Position numbers and translations under genes: made by a program. 64,000 nucleotides of DNA from Lachnospirales bacterium (GTDB lineage Bacteria > Bacillota > Clostridia > Lachnospirales > CAMZNU01). The stretch's first letter is position 1. Every line of letters starts with the position of its first letter. Positions 1-9,597 of the stretch are shown piece after piece. The notes under the pieces were generated by a model. The model did not search any database. It worked only from the letters and a program-made list of their open reading frames with translations, and had not been told where the DNA came from. Location of the stretch: the NCBI GenBank assembly GCA_047974375.1, contig JBKECF010000015.1:50185-114184 (forward strand), given 5' to 3'.

Positions 1-3000
1 GCCGTCTGGTTCATCGCTAAAGCTAAACCCCCCTGGTAAAACTAAAATATGAGAAGTTTTTAATTTTTTAACTAAGTTATCTATAGAATTTTCAAGTAAT
101 TGGTTTGTCATTGAATTAATAATAAAGATTTCTGTTTCTGCACCAGCAAGTCTAAACGCCCTTTCCATATCTATCTCAGAGTTTGTTCCACTAAAACATA
201 AAATTAAGGCTTTAGGCTTACTAATTACAGTTGGATAATATTTTTTATTATTACTTTCTTTTTTGTAAGGCATAGTGTCAACATGACTATTACTAAAAGG
301 ATATACTTTAAATAATCCGTTTAAGTGCTCTTTTTTCTTGTTTAAAATTTCTTCATTAATTGGGGTAGTTGTACCTATTTTATAAAAGCCATTTATATTT
401 AGATCTTCATTTGTTTCTAAAATGAAAGAGCCGTAAAATTTTTTATTTATGTCAAATGTGTTACCTATTGTAAAACCAATATCATTTCCAAAACTCATTT
501 CCCTTAAAGTTTCTTCTATTCCATCTGAAACAGTAGAAATCGCTAATATATTTTTTAGTTTTTTAATCTCCTTAATATTATTTTTTAAGCATAAAAAATT
601 AGGATAATTATTTTCATCCACTTCCAGTGGAATAAAATATAAATTTGAATTTTCTTCTTTAAACTCTCGAGAAATAACTCTATCTGTAGAAACAGTACTA
701 AAGGCAAAGGCTACAATTGTTGAAATAACATCTATATCATTAAAAGAACCAGACATAGAATCTTTGCCACCTACTGCGGCTATAGAAAGTTGTTCCATAG
801 CCTCGAAGGCACCTAGTAATCCGCTAAATACTAATCCCCATTTTTCATCATCTTTTCCTAGTGCTGGGAAATACTCTTGCATAGAAATATACATTTCGTC
901 TAAAGTTGCACCTAAAGCTATTTGCTTGCATACTGCTTCAATGACAGCATAAATACCTGTAAAATAAGGCGATATTTCACTTAATAAAGGTTCAAAACCA
1001 TAAGTTACAACTGATGCTACATTGGTCTTGTTTTCAATAGGAATTAATTGTACACTTCCTAGTTGAGTGGTAATTTGATTTTTTCCGCCTAGAGGACTTA
1101 ATATAGTAGAACACCCAACACTACTGTCAAAAATTTCTATTAAACCTTTTTGAGAATATGAGTTTAATTTTTTATAGTGTTGTCTATCATAGTCTATATA
1201 TTTATTCTCTTTTACATTTATATTTTGACAATATGTTAAACCGTTAGTATCAAGTAAATCTCTATCTATAGAAGCAACTAGTTTATTATTATATGTCATT
1301 ACCATTTTATTAGTATTTGTTACTTTACCAACTACTCTTGCCGACACACCTTCCTCGGTACAAAGTTTTAAAACTTTCTTCATGTCATTTTTATCTATTA
1401 CAACTGCCATTCGCTCTTGACTTTCGGATATAGCTATTTGTGAAACATTTAAATTGTCCGTTTTTAAGTCGATTTTTTCCAAATCAATATGAATTCCATC
1501 TGCTAGTTCACCAATGGCAACGGATACGCCACCAGCACCAAAATCATTACATTTTTTTACACATTTTGAAAATGCATCGTTTTTAAATAATCGTTGTAAT
1601 TTTCTCTCTTCAAGGGGATTGCCTTTTTGTATCTGATCCATCGATGTATCTAATGAATTTTCATCATGTGATAGAGAGGAACCACTTGCTCCACCTATTC
1701 CATCTTTACCTGTTTTTCCTCCTAAAAGGATTATTAAATCAGTATCCTTAGGAGATTTTCTTACAACATTTTCTACTTTAGCATAGCCTACTACTGCACC
1801 TAATTCTAATCTTTTGGCTATATAGCTTGGGTGATATATTTCTTTAACAAAAGTAGTTGCCATACCTATTTGATTACCATAGCTAGAAAAACCATTGGCA
1901 GACTCCCTACAAATTTTTAATTGTGGAAGTTTTTTATCTAATGTATTTTTTATGTCTTCTGTTGGGTCGGCAGCACCAGTTATTCTAATTCCTTGATAAA
2001 CATAACTTCTACCACTTAATGGGTCTCGTATAGCTCCACCTAAACACGTAGACGCTCCACCGAAAGGTTCTATTTCTGTTGGATGATTATGAGTTTCATT
2101 TTTAAACATTAATAAATAATCATCATTATTTACTTTAATAAAAGTTGAACAGGCATTTATTTCTTCACTTACCTCAACTTTAGTTAATAAACCTTTGTTT
2201 TTCAAATAACGTTGGTTAAATGTGGCTAAATCCATTAGAGTTAAAGGTTTATTATGGTTAATCTCTTCTCGGCATCTATTTAATTTAGCATAAGAATTTT
2301 TTATGTATTGTGAGGTTCTTGAGTCATCGAAATTTATATTTTTTAATACAGTGCTGAAAGTGGTATGCCTACAGTGATCAGACCAATAAGTATCAAATAA
2401 ATAAAGTTCTGTTTCATAGCAGTCATAATTTCTATCTTTATAATATTTTTGTATATATAATAAAGTTTCTAGATCTAAGTTAATACCTAGTATTTTTTTA
2501 ACATTTAAAATTTCTTCTTTAGAATAATTTTTAAAATCTAAAACATCAATTAGTTCCTTTTTAGGACTAGATGGTTCTAGCTTAAGTATATCCATGTCTT
2601 TCTCACGGCGTTCGGCAGGATTTATAAGATACTTCTTTATTTTGTTTAATTCATCTAAATTTATTTCATCTTCAAATACAATTAACTCACCACATTCTAT
2701 AGTAAAATCTTTATCTAAATTTGTAATTAATGAGGCACATTGTTTTGTATTGTATGCTCTAATGTCAAATTGTCCCTTTAATAATTCATGAGCGATATAT
2801 TGTTTGCCATTTAAATCTACATTTTCTAATAATTCATCAGTTACTACATCCCATAGAATTTTTTTTGTAATTAAATCTATAGTTTCTTCTTTTTCATTGA
2901 ACAAATCATAAACTAAGTAAAATTTAATTTTTTTTAAGTTTAAATGATAATTTTCATTTAGATCTTCCATTAATTTTTTTGAAATAACGTCATAATCATC

Positions 3001-3033
3001 TTTTTTTGTTATAAAAACCCTTTTAGTACTCAT
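1..3033 (-). CDS. purL: Phosphoribosylformylglycinamidine (FGAM) synthase, single-chain large form. N-terminus complete; C-terminal glutaminase domain runs off the left edge.
   Basis: Missing from the supplied ORF track because the frame is open at base 1. Hand translation of the minus strand from ATG 3033-3031 gives MSTKRVFITKKDDYD... and stayed open in every stretch I translated. Hand-checked motifs: LFDTYWSDHCRHTTF (2400-2341), NETHNHPTEIEPFGGASTCL (2100-2041), and the amidotransferase motif KTSHILVLPGGFSFSDEPDG (60-1). The ATG overlaps the purK stop (ATGA). Confidence 0.85.
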   Translation of the reverse strand, partial: MSTKRVFITKKDDYDVISKKLMEDLNENYHLNLKKIKFYLVYDLFNEKEETIDLITKKILWDVVTDELLENVDLNGKQYIAHELLKGQFDIRAYNTKQCASLITNLDKDFTIECGELIVFEDEINLDELNKIKKYLINPAERREKDMDILKLEPSSPKKELIDVLDFKNYSKEEILNVKKILGINLDLETLLYIQKYYKDRNYDCYETELYLFDTYWSDHCRHTTFSTVLKNINFDDSRTSQYIKNSYAKLNRCREEINHNKPLTLMDLATFNQRYLKNKGLLTKVEVSEEINACSTFIKVNNDDYLLMFKNETHNHPTEIEPFGGASTCLGGAIRDPLSGRSYVYQGIRITGAADPTEDIKNTLDKKLPQLKICRESANGFSSYGNQIGMATTFVKEIYHPSYIAKRLELGAVVGYAKVENVVRKSPKDTDLIILLGGKTGKDGIGGASGSSLSHDENSLDTSMDQIQKGNPLEERKLQRLFKNDAFSKCVKKCNDFGAGGVSVAIGELADGIHIDLEKIDLKTDNLNVSQIAISESQERMAVVIDKNDMKKVLKLCTEEGVSARVVGKVTNTNKMVMTYNNKLVASIDRDLLDTNGLTYCQNINVKENKYIDYDRQHYKKLNSYSQKGLIEIFDSSVGCSTILSPLGGKNQITTQLGSVQLIPIENKTNVASVVTYGFEPLLSEISPYFTGIYAVIEAVCKQIALGATLDEMYISMQEYFPALGKDDEKWGLVFSGLLGAFEAMEQLSIAAVGGKDSMSGSFNDIDVISTIVAFAFSTVSTDRVISREFKEENSNLYFIPLEVDENNYPNFLCLKNNIKEIKKLKNILAISTVSDGIEETLREMSFGNDIGFTIGNTFDINKKFYGSFILETNEDLNINGFYKIGTTTPINEEILNKKKEHLNGLFKVYPFSNSHVDTMPYKKESNNKKYYPTVISKPKALILCFSGTNSEIDMERAFRLAGAETEIFIINSMTNQLLENSIDNLVKKLKTSHILVLPGGFSFSDEPDG

Positions 3034-4106
3034 ATTCCCTCCGACTTAAAATTAGCTAATTGATTATTAACTTTTTCATGTATGTTGTTTATATTTTTAT
3101 ATGTAATGTGGCCTACTTTTCTATTTATTGCATCTGAATTTTTACCATAAATATGATAATTTATGTTTTTAAATTCTTCACTTTGCATCATATACTCACA
3201 TGCCTTTAAATTTTGCCCTAAAATATTGTTCATATAGTAATCATAGTGGCATTCAATATCAGGTATGTTCAATCCTAAAATACAATACAAGTGAAGTTTA
3301 AACTGGGAAATGTTTGTAGCTTCAATGGTTAAATGACCACTATTATGAACCCTAGGAGCAATTTCGTTTACAAAAATATCATTTCCCCTTACGAAATATT
3401 CAACACATAGCACGCCGTTATAGTTAAGTGCGTCAATAATATTTTCTGCCTTATGTTTCATTTGACTTTTAATATTGTCGCCTATATTTTTTGTAAAAGA
3501 CGATTCATATAATATTCCATTTTTATGTATATTTTTAATAGGTGGATAACTTTTAATCTCGCCTTTTAGGTTCCTACCTATAATTAACGAATATTCCTCT
3601 ATACCTTCCATGTATTCTTCTACAATATTATTGTTATTTAATAGATTGTTATTTAAATAACTTTTAGATTCAAAAAAATGCTGGCCTTTACCATCGTAGC
3701 CATTTCGTCGAGTTTTAATAATGCAGGGAAATATATTTATATTTTCACTAGCAAGACAAAACTTTACAGTTTTTACACCTGGTAAGTTATTTATAAATTT
3801 CTTTTCTGTATACCTATCTTGTAATAATTTTAAAGCCTCTACACCTTGTGGGATTTTATTTTTATAATTTTCTAAAAAAGTCGGATCAACATTTTCAAAT
3901 TCATAGGTAAAAACATCGCTTCTATTAAAAAAACTATCTATTTTTAGTTGGTCTGTAAAACTATAGTTGAAAAATTCATTTGCCATGGGTTTAGAACACG
4001 CACTTATGTTTGAGTCATATACATTAAATGTATGCCCCATTTTATAACCTTCAACCATTATCATTTTAGCTAATTGCCCGCCACCAAAAATTCCTATACT
4101 TTTCAT
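3030..4106 (-). CDS. purK: N5-carboxyaminoimidazole ribonucleotide synthase (ATP-grasp)
   Basis: 358-aa ORF with glycine-rich N-terminus MKSIGIFGGGQLAKM and an ATP-grasp-like body. Sits between purE and purL with overlapping or abutting stop and start codons. Confidence 0.85.
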   Translation of the reverse strand: MKSIGIFGGGQLAKMIMVEGYKMGHTFNVYDSNISACSKPMANEFFNYSFTDQLKIDSFFNRSDVFTYEFENVDPTFLENYKNKIPQGVEALKLLQDRYTEKKFINNLPGVKTVKFCLASENINIFPCIIKTRRNGYDGKGQHFFESKSYLNNNLLNNNNIVEEYMEGIEEYSLIIGRNLKGEIKSYPPIKNIHKNGILYESSFTKNIGDNIKSQMKHKAENIIDALNYNGVLCVEYFVRGNDIFVNEIAPRVHNSGHLTIEATNISQFKLHLYCILGLNIPDIECHYDYYMNNILGQNLKACEYMMQSEEFKNINYHIYGKNSDAINRKVGHITYKNINNIHEKVNNQLANFKSEGI

Positions 4107-4108
4107 TA

Positions 4109-4585
4109 TTAATCTCCTAAATTTGTATTTAGCACGTCTTCAGCTATTTTTTTTGTGTAATCATCTAGTTTTTTGAAAATTTCATCATCTTCTATTGCCA
4201 GTATGCGGGTAGCAAAAAGTCCAGCGTTTTTCGCACCTGACTTACCTATTGACATTGTACCTACTGGAACGCCGCCTGGCATCTGTACAATGGATAATAG
4301 TGAGTCAACTCCGTTTAAAACGCTGGACTTAATTGGTACACCTATTACAGGTATATTTGTAAGGGACGCAATCATTCCTGGTAAATGTGCAGCTCCGCCT
4401 GCTCCTGCAATAATTACTTTCGTATTATTTTCTTTTGCACACTTAGCAAACTCATACATATAGTGTGGAGTTCTGTGTGCACTTACTATTTTAATTTCAT
4501 TTTTGATATTAAAGTGGTCTAAAATTTCTTTTGCATATAACATTGTTTCTTTATCGCTTATGGAACCCATTACTATGCTTACCAT
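4109..4585 (-). CDS. purE: N5-carboxyaminoimidazole ribonucleotide mutase
   Basis: 158-aa ORF with PurE signatures (VSIVMGSISD, SAHRTPH, AGAGGAAHLPGM). RBS GAGGAG lies upstream of ATG 4585. Confidence 0.92.
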   Translation of the reverse strand: MVSIVMGSISDKETMLYAKEILDHFNIKNEIKIVSAHRTPHYMYEFAKCAKENNTKVIIAGAGGAAHLPGMIASLTNIPVIGVPIKSSVLNGVDSLLSIVQMPGGVPVGTMSIGKSGAKNAGLFATRILAIEDDEIFKKLDDYTKKIAEDVLNTNLGD

Positions 4586-4623
4586 GATTTCTCCTCTTTG
4601 TTTAATAATATGAGATTTACGAA

Positions 4624-4660
4624 TAAAAAAAGCACAATCACCTGAAAAGGAAAACTGTGC
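4624..4660 (-). terminator. Intrinsic terminator acting as the expression platform of the guanine riboswitch
   Basis: Minus strand reads GCACAGTT..(loop)..GATTGTGC followed by TTTTTTT. It lies between the aptamer and the purE RBS. Confidence 0.6.
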
Positions 4661-4706
4661 ATACTAAAAAAACATGAAATACATGTAAAATTTAGATTAT
4701 TTTGCA

Positions 4707-4775
4707 CTTTATAGTCTAACAATTTACGGCTGTTAGGTAGAAACTTGTTTTCCTTATTAAAACGGTTATATAAAG
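4707..4775 (-). promoter_or_regulatory. Purine riboswitch aptamer, guanine-type (C at the specificity position)
   Basis: Minus strand: CUUUAUAUAACCGUUUUAAUAAGGAAAACAAGUUUCUACCUAACAGCCGUAAAUUGUUAGACUAUAAAG. It aligns helix by helix with the B. subtilis xpt G-box: P1 CUUUAUA/UAUAAAG, J2/3 GUUUCUACC, L3 CCGUAAA, and 3' GACUAU carrying the discriminator C. Confidence 0.9.
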
Positions 4776-4784
4776 TATGCTTGA

Positions 4785-4813
4785 AGTATAAACTAAAATA
4801 AAATTTTACTCAA
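4785..4813 (-). promoter_or_regulatory. Sigma-A-type promoter of the riboswitch-purEKL transcript
   Basis: Minus strand TTGAGT, 17 nt spacer, TATACT. The predicted start falls a few nt before riboswitch P1. Confidence 0.5.
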
Positions 4814-4855
4814 GTATATTTTATAGTTTTTAAAAAAATTATAAGTTTAAATCCC

Positions 4856-4883
4856 TTGACAAACCTACATAATTTGATATAAG
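4856..4883 (+). promoter_or_regulatory. Sigma-A-type promoter of the IMPDH gene
   Basis: TTGACA (4856-4861), 16 nt spacer, TG-n-TATAAG (4875-4883). Lies ~50 nt upstream of ATG 4936. Confidence 0.5.
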
Positions 4884-4935
4884 ATTTCCATTAATATTTA
4901 TTAATACACCTATTTAAATAATAAAGGAGAAGAAA

Positions 4936-6429
4936 ATGGCAAAAATTTATTCAGATATTTCGAGAACACTAGATGAGTTTTTACTTATTCCAGGGTTAAC
5001 AAAAAAAGAACATAATCCTACAAATATTTCTTTAAAAACACCTGTAGTGCGTTTTAAGAAAAATTCTATGCCCGACATATCTATAAACATCCCTTTAGTT
5101 TCAGCTGCTATGCAATCAGTTTCCGGAGAAAAAATGGCTATAGAGTTAGCTAAATCTGGCGGTTTATCTTTTATTTTTTGTTCACAAAGTATTGAATCTC
5201 AAAGTCACATGGTTAAAAAAGTTAAAGAAAATAGAGCGGGTTTTGTTTCTAGCTCAACAAATTTAAAACCATCAGCCACTATACAAGACGCAATTACTCT
5301 TACTAATGAAACTGGGCACTCCACTATTGCTGTAACAGATGATGGAACATCTCGTGGAAAATTACTAGGTTTATTAACAGATAAAGACTATAGAGTTTCA
5401 AAAGTTGATACAAATTCTAAAGTAACAGAATTCATGACACCTTTTGAAGATTTAGCAGTTGGACGAGGGAATATAGATTTAGCACAAGCAAATGATTTAT
5501 TATGGGAAAATAAAGTGAATTGTATACCAATAATAGATTCGGAACAACATTTAACGCACCTAGTGTTTAGAAAGGACTATCACTTTGCACAAGATAGTAA
5601 AGACGCCGTAGTTGATAAAAATAAAAGTTTTTTAGTCGGCGCTGCTGTTAATACACGAGACTATGAAAAAAGAATACCAGCATTAGTAGAAGCTGGGGCG
5701 GATGTTTTATGTATAGACTCTTCTGATGGATATTCAGAATGGCAAAAATCTGTAATCAGTTTTGTACGTGAAAACTACGGAGATAAAGTTAAAATTGGTG
5801 CAGGTAATGTAGTAAGTAAAGAAGGGTTTATGTATCTTGCTGAGGCTGGAGCTGATTTTATAAAAGTAGGAATTGGCGGGGGTTCTATTTGCATTACAAG
5901 AGAAACTAAAGGTATTGGTAGAGGTCAGGCGTCTGCACTAATAGATGTATGTTCAGCAAGAGATGAATTTTTAAGTTCGACAGGAATTTATATTCCAGTA
6001 TGCTCAGATGGTGGAATTGTAAATGACTATCACATAACTTTATCTTTAGCATTAGGTGCTGATTTTGTCATGATGGGTAGATATTTTGCACGTTTTGAAG
6101 AAAGCCCTACAAGGCTTAGAAAAGTTGGAAATAATTTCGTAAAAGAATATTGGGGCGAAGGTTCAAATAGAGCGAGAAACTGGGAAAGGTACGATGTTGG
6201 CGGAAAAAGTAACTTATATTTTGAAGAAGGTGTTGATTCATATATTTCATATGCAGGTAAGTTAAAAGAAAATATAGATAGAACAATATATAAAATAAAA
6301 TCAACATTTTGTAACTGTGGAGCTTCATCTATAGCAGAGCTACAAAAGGATGCCGTATTAACTCTTGTTTCTGAATTAAGTATTAGAGAGGGCAAGGCAC
6401 ATGATGTAGAATTAAAGGATATTGAGTAG
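4936..6429 (+). CDS. guaB: IMP dehydrogenase family protein (catalytic TIM barrel with an inserted CBS pair)
   Basis: 497 aa with catalytic-loop-like [14 protein letters not shown], a CBS-like insert, and an IMPDH-like C-terminal flap ([13 protein letters not shown]). The N-terminus differs from the common Firmicute GuaB, so it could be a paralogous subfamily. Confidence 0.65.
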   Translation: MAKIYSDISRTLDEFLLIPGLTKKEHNPTNISLKTPVVRFKKNSMPDISINIPLVSAAMQSVSGEKMAIELAKSGGLSFIFCSQSIESQSHMVKKVKENRAGFVSSSTNLKPSATIQDAITLTNETGHSTIAVTDDGTSRGKLLGLLTDKDYRVSKVDTNSKVTEFMTPFEDLAVGRGNIDLAQANDLLWENKVNCIPIIDSEQHLTHLVFRKDYHFAQDSKDAVVDKNKSFLVGAAVNTRDYEKRIPALVEAGADVLCIDSSDGYSEWQKSVISFVRENYGDKVKIGAGNVVSKEGFMYLAEAGADFIKVGIGGGSICITRETKGIGRGQASALIDVCSARDEFLSSTGIYIPVCSDGGIVNDYHITLSLALGADFVMMGRYFARFEESPTRLRKVGNNFVKEYWGEGSNRARNWERYDVGGKSNLYFEEGVDSYISYAGKLKENIDRTIYKIKSTFCNCGASSIAELQKDAVLTLVSELSIREGKAHDVELKDIE

Positions 6430-6479
6430 TGTAGGAATGAGTACGTTGGAAAATTGCTGAACTAAAACAACCATATTTA

Positions 6480-6807
6480 TTTATCAGGTATACTTGCAAA
6501 GTAATTGAAATTACGCAAAGAGTGAGTATAATCAAGTATTGCAAAGAGGTTGTCTGGCAATAAAAAATATCACCAAATAATAAGACGATATTTGAAAAAA
6601 ATATATAATAATGTAAAAAGAGCAACATCCAGCGCTATAATTTACAACATAGTAGAAATATCCAAAGCAAACAACTAAATTATAGAAAACCACTTGACTT
6701 ATTTATTCTATACTATAGTTTTAATAGATATTAATGACCAACCTTCTTTTAGTAATCTTATGTCTTGGTCTGAGCTATTACCTGAAGATCCCAAAATAAA
6801 AAGTTGA
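6480..6807 (+). pseudogene. C-terminal remnant of an IS66-family transposase (in-frame stop, decayed upstream part)
   Basis: Hand translation from 6622: ATSSAIIYNIVEISKANN*IIENHLTYLFYTIVLIDINDQPSFSNLMSWSELLPEDPKIKS*. This resembles the IS66 transposase C-terminal pattern (SAIIYS-IETAKANGLNPY-YL-YL ... LLPW). There is no intact upstream ORF. Confidence 0.5.
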
Positions 6808-6992
6808 TACTAAAAATAGTCCTAATCCATAAATTCCTTCTTGAATTATGGTTAGGACCATTTTATTAAATTTTTATGTATTTTTATAGGTACCTAATTT
6901 TTGACACTACCTTGTCTTCAGCTATACGCTTGGCAATATTGACTTATCTTCGGGACTTTAACCCGTTAGAATATACCCGTCGGGCACACATT

Positions 6993-7032
6993 AAAAAAGG
7001 CACTGCGATTTAGATTTAGCAAATGCCCTTTT
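6993..7032 (-). terminator. Terminator hairpin downstream of rnfB
   Basis: Minus strand AAAAGGGCATTTGC...GCAGTGCCTTTTTT, immediately after the rnfB stop at 7040. Confidence 0.55.
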
Positions 7033-7039
7033 ATAATAC

Positions 7040-7831
7040 TTATTTATCAATAATAATTGCCTTTGTAGGGCATTTCACCTCGCACGCCCCACACTCAGTA
7101 CATTTTTCATAATTTATTTTAGCTAAATTATTTTCGAAATAAATGGCATCGTATTCACATGCCTTCACACACAACTTACAGCCAATACAGCCTCTTTGGC
7201 AAGCACTGCGTACAAATTTGCCTGCATCTGTAGACTTACAATTAACTTTAATAGTTTTATTATAAGGAACTATATCAATTAAATCTTTTGGACACGCTTC
7301 CACACACTTACCGCAAGATGTACACTTTTCCTTATTTATAACTGCAATTCCGTCTAAAATTTCTATTGCGCCAAATGCACATTCCTTTTCACAACTACCA
7401 CGACCTAAACAACCGTAGCTACACGCTTTAGAACCATTTCCAGCAATAATGTTACTTGCATTACAATCATACATTCCATAATAAATATATTTTTTAGCAG
7501 AAACACCATTGTTTCCACCACAACGGACAAATGCAACCGTCTTCTCACTAGTTTCTACATCTGAACCCATTATATCTTTTAGAATTTCAACACAAGCTTC
7601 ATCACTCACTGGGCATCCATTTACTGGAGCTTCTCCCTTAGCAACCTGCTTTGCGAACATATCACAACCTGGGTATCCACACCCACCACAGTTTGCCCCT
7701 GGAAGTGCTTCACGTATCTTAGTAACTTTTTCATCTTCTACTACTTTTAATTTTTCACCAGCTATAGCAAGTATTACTCCAAAAACCAAACCAATACCAC
7801 CAATAGCTAATATTGCGAAAATAATTTCCAC
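7040..7831 (-). CDS. rnfB: Rnf electron-transport complex subunit B (polyferredoxin)
   Basis: N-terminal TM helix followed by several CxxCxxCxxxCP 4Fe-4S motifs. Last gene of the rnfCDGEAB cluster. Confidence 0.9.
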   Translation of the reverse strand: MEIIFAILAIGGIGLVFGVILAIAGEKLKVVEDEKVTKIREALPGANCGGCGYPGCDMFAKQVAKGEAPVNGCPVSDEACVEILKDIMGSDVETSEKTVAFVRCGGNNGVSAKKYIYYGMYDCNASNIIAGNGSKACSYGCLGRGSCEKECAFGAIEILDGIAVINKEKCTSCGKCVEACPKDLIDIVPYNKTIKVNCKSTDAGKFVRSACQRGCIGCKLCVKACEYDAIYFENNLAKINYEKCTECGACEVKCPTKAIIIDK

Positions 7832-7850
7832 AACTAACCTCCTATTCTAT

Positions 7851-8426
7851 CTATGTTATTAAGCCTTGAAAACCTAGGAAACCTATAGCCATAAGACCTG
7901 CTGTTATTAACGCTATTGGCGTACCTTTAAAGCATTCCGGTATATCATTTCTTTCTAGTCTTTCACGTATACCAGCAAATAGAACTATTGTTATTGTGAA
8001 ACCAACAGAACCACCAACACCATTTATAATTGACTGTAACAAATTGTAGCCTTTATCCATATTCAACACGGCTGTACCAAGGACCGCACAGTTAGTTGTT
8101 ATAAGCGGTAGGAATATTCCAAGTGCGGAATATAAAACTGGACTACTCTTTTTTATAAACATTTCTACTAATTGCACTAAAGAGGCTATTATAAGTATAA
8201 ACGCTATATTATATAAATATTCTATTTTTAATGGTACTAACACATATGCATAAGCCATATAAGCTGCAGCTGACGCTAAAGTCATTACGAATATAACTGC
8301 TACACCCATACCAATAGCTGTTTCGGTCTTGTTTGACACTCCTAGAAAAGGACAAATTCCTAAAAATTGCGATAAAACTAAATTGTTTACTAGGGCAGCG
8401 CCTATAAATAATAAAAATAATTCCAT
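7851..8426 (-). CDS. rnfA: Rnf complex subunit A
   Basis: 191-aa polytopic membrane protein of the RnfA/NqrE type. Operon context supports the call. Confidence 0.9.
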   Translation of the reverse strand: MELFLLFIGAALVNNLVLSQFLGICPFLGVSNKTETAIGMGVAVIFVMTLASAAAYMAYAYVLVPLKIEYLYNIAFILIIASLVQLVEMFIKKSSPVLYSALGIFLPLITTNCAVLGTAVLNMDKGYNLLQSIINGVGGSVGFTITIVLFAGIRERLERNDIPECFKGTPIALITAGLMAIGFLGFQGLIT

Positions 8427-9028
8427 TACCTAGCCTCCTTTTTTAATTGCCCATGTTTAATAAGAGCTAAAATAAATCCTAAACTTAAGAAAGCTCCAGG
8501 CGGAAGTACAAAGGCTATTGTACGTGGAACAAAATCGGGTAATATACTTAATCCTAGCACTGTACCGCTACCTAAAAGCTCACGTACACTTCCTAAAATT
8601 AATAACCCTAATGTAAAACCAAGTCCCATACCTAAACCATCTAGTGTAGCTAATAATGGATTGTGCTTCGATGCAAATGCTTCAGCTCTTGCTAAAATTA
8701 AACAGTTTACAACTATTAAAGGTATAAATAAACCTAGAGATTCATTTAATTCGTAAAAATACGCCTTTAAAATGAATTGTATAATTGTAACAAATGAAGC
8801 TATAATAACAATAAATGCTGGTATACGTACTTTATCTGGTATCAAATTTTTAAGCAAACTTATAAATAAGTTTGACATAACAAGTACAGTAGTTGTTGCA
8901 AGTCCCATACCCAAAGCATTTTCTGCTGAGGTTGTAACGGCAAGAGTTGGGCACATACCTATTATCTGTACAAGAATAGGATTTTCCTTCCAAATACCGT
9001 TAGTAAGAGTTTCTGTAAATTTATTCAT
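8426..9028 (-). CDS. rnfE: Rnf complex subunit E
   Basis: 200-aa membrane protein of the RnfE/NqrD type (GMCPTLAVTT). Its stop overlaps the rnfA start. Confidence 0.9.
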   Translation of the reverse strand: MNKFTETLTNGIWKENPILVQIIGMCPTLAVTTSAENALGMGLATTTVLVMSNLFISLLKNLIPDKVRIPAFIVIIASFVTIIQFILKAYFYELNESLGLFIPLIVVNCLILARAEAFASKHNPLLATLDGLGMGLGFTLGLLILGSVRELLGSGTVLGLSILPDFVPRTIAFVLPPGAFLSLGFILALIKHGQLKKEAR

Positions 9029-9042
9029 AGAATTCCTTTCCT

Positions 9043-9597
9043 TTAAAATTCATACTCCAATACAAATTCAATTGCATTGTTTACGCCTTGCGTAACAGCA
9101 TTACTTGTAATTGTAGCTCCTGTTATTGCATCTATTTCTTCTGCTGTCTGGCTTCCTGTCTTCACAACGCTGAATAAACCTTTGCTACCTGCATACTGGG
9201 TTTCAAATTCTGGTTCAGTTGAATTAGCTCCTAGACCTGGAGTTTCGGAGTGTGACAATATATCTATTCCTGTTACAATAAAATCTAAATCAAAACCAAC
9301 TAAAATATCTATAGTACCACTATACCCACTAACAAGTGTTTCAGCTATATACCCAATAACATTACCACTATCATCAAAAGCCGTAGTTATTATGGGTATA
9401 TTTTCATCACCCGTTTCTACTGACTTAAAATCTACCGCACCTATTAAAACAGATTGCATTGCCTTTGATGTTGCTAAATTTTTTTGTTCTTCTGCTGCAT
9501 CTTTCGTTAAGTTATAAGCTAACGCCAATATAAAGCCTGCAACGGCAGTAATGATAAAAAGCGTAATTATCGGTTTTCCATATTTTTCCATTAGCAA
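9043..9597 (-). CDS. rnfG: Rnf complex subunit G (FMN-binding)
   Basis: 184 aa with an N-terminal TM helix and the FMN attachment motif DAITGATITS. Confidence 0.88.
   Translation of the reverse strand: MLMEKYGKPIITLFIITAVAGFILALAYNLTKDAAEEQKNLATSKAMQSVLIGAVDFKSVETGDENIPIITTAFDDSGNVIGYIAETLVSGYSGTIDILVGFDLDFIVTGIDILSHSETPGLGANSTEPEFETQYAGSKGLFSVVKTGSQTAEEIDAITGATITSNAVTQGVNNAIEFVLEYEF

Noticed and set aside
764-2791. Plus-strand ORFs 764-952 and 2594-2791 in the apparently empty left 3 kb
   Set aside because: Both lie antisense inside the edge-open purL frame, which has strong family motifs. They have no RBS and no recognisable protein features.
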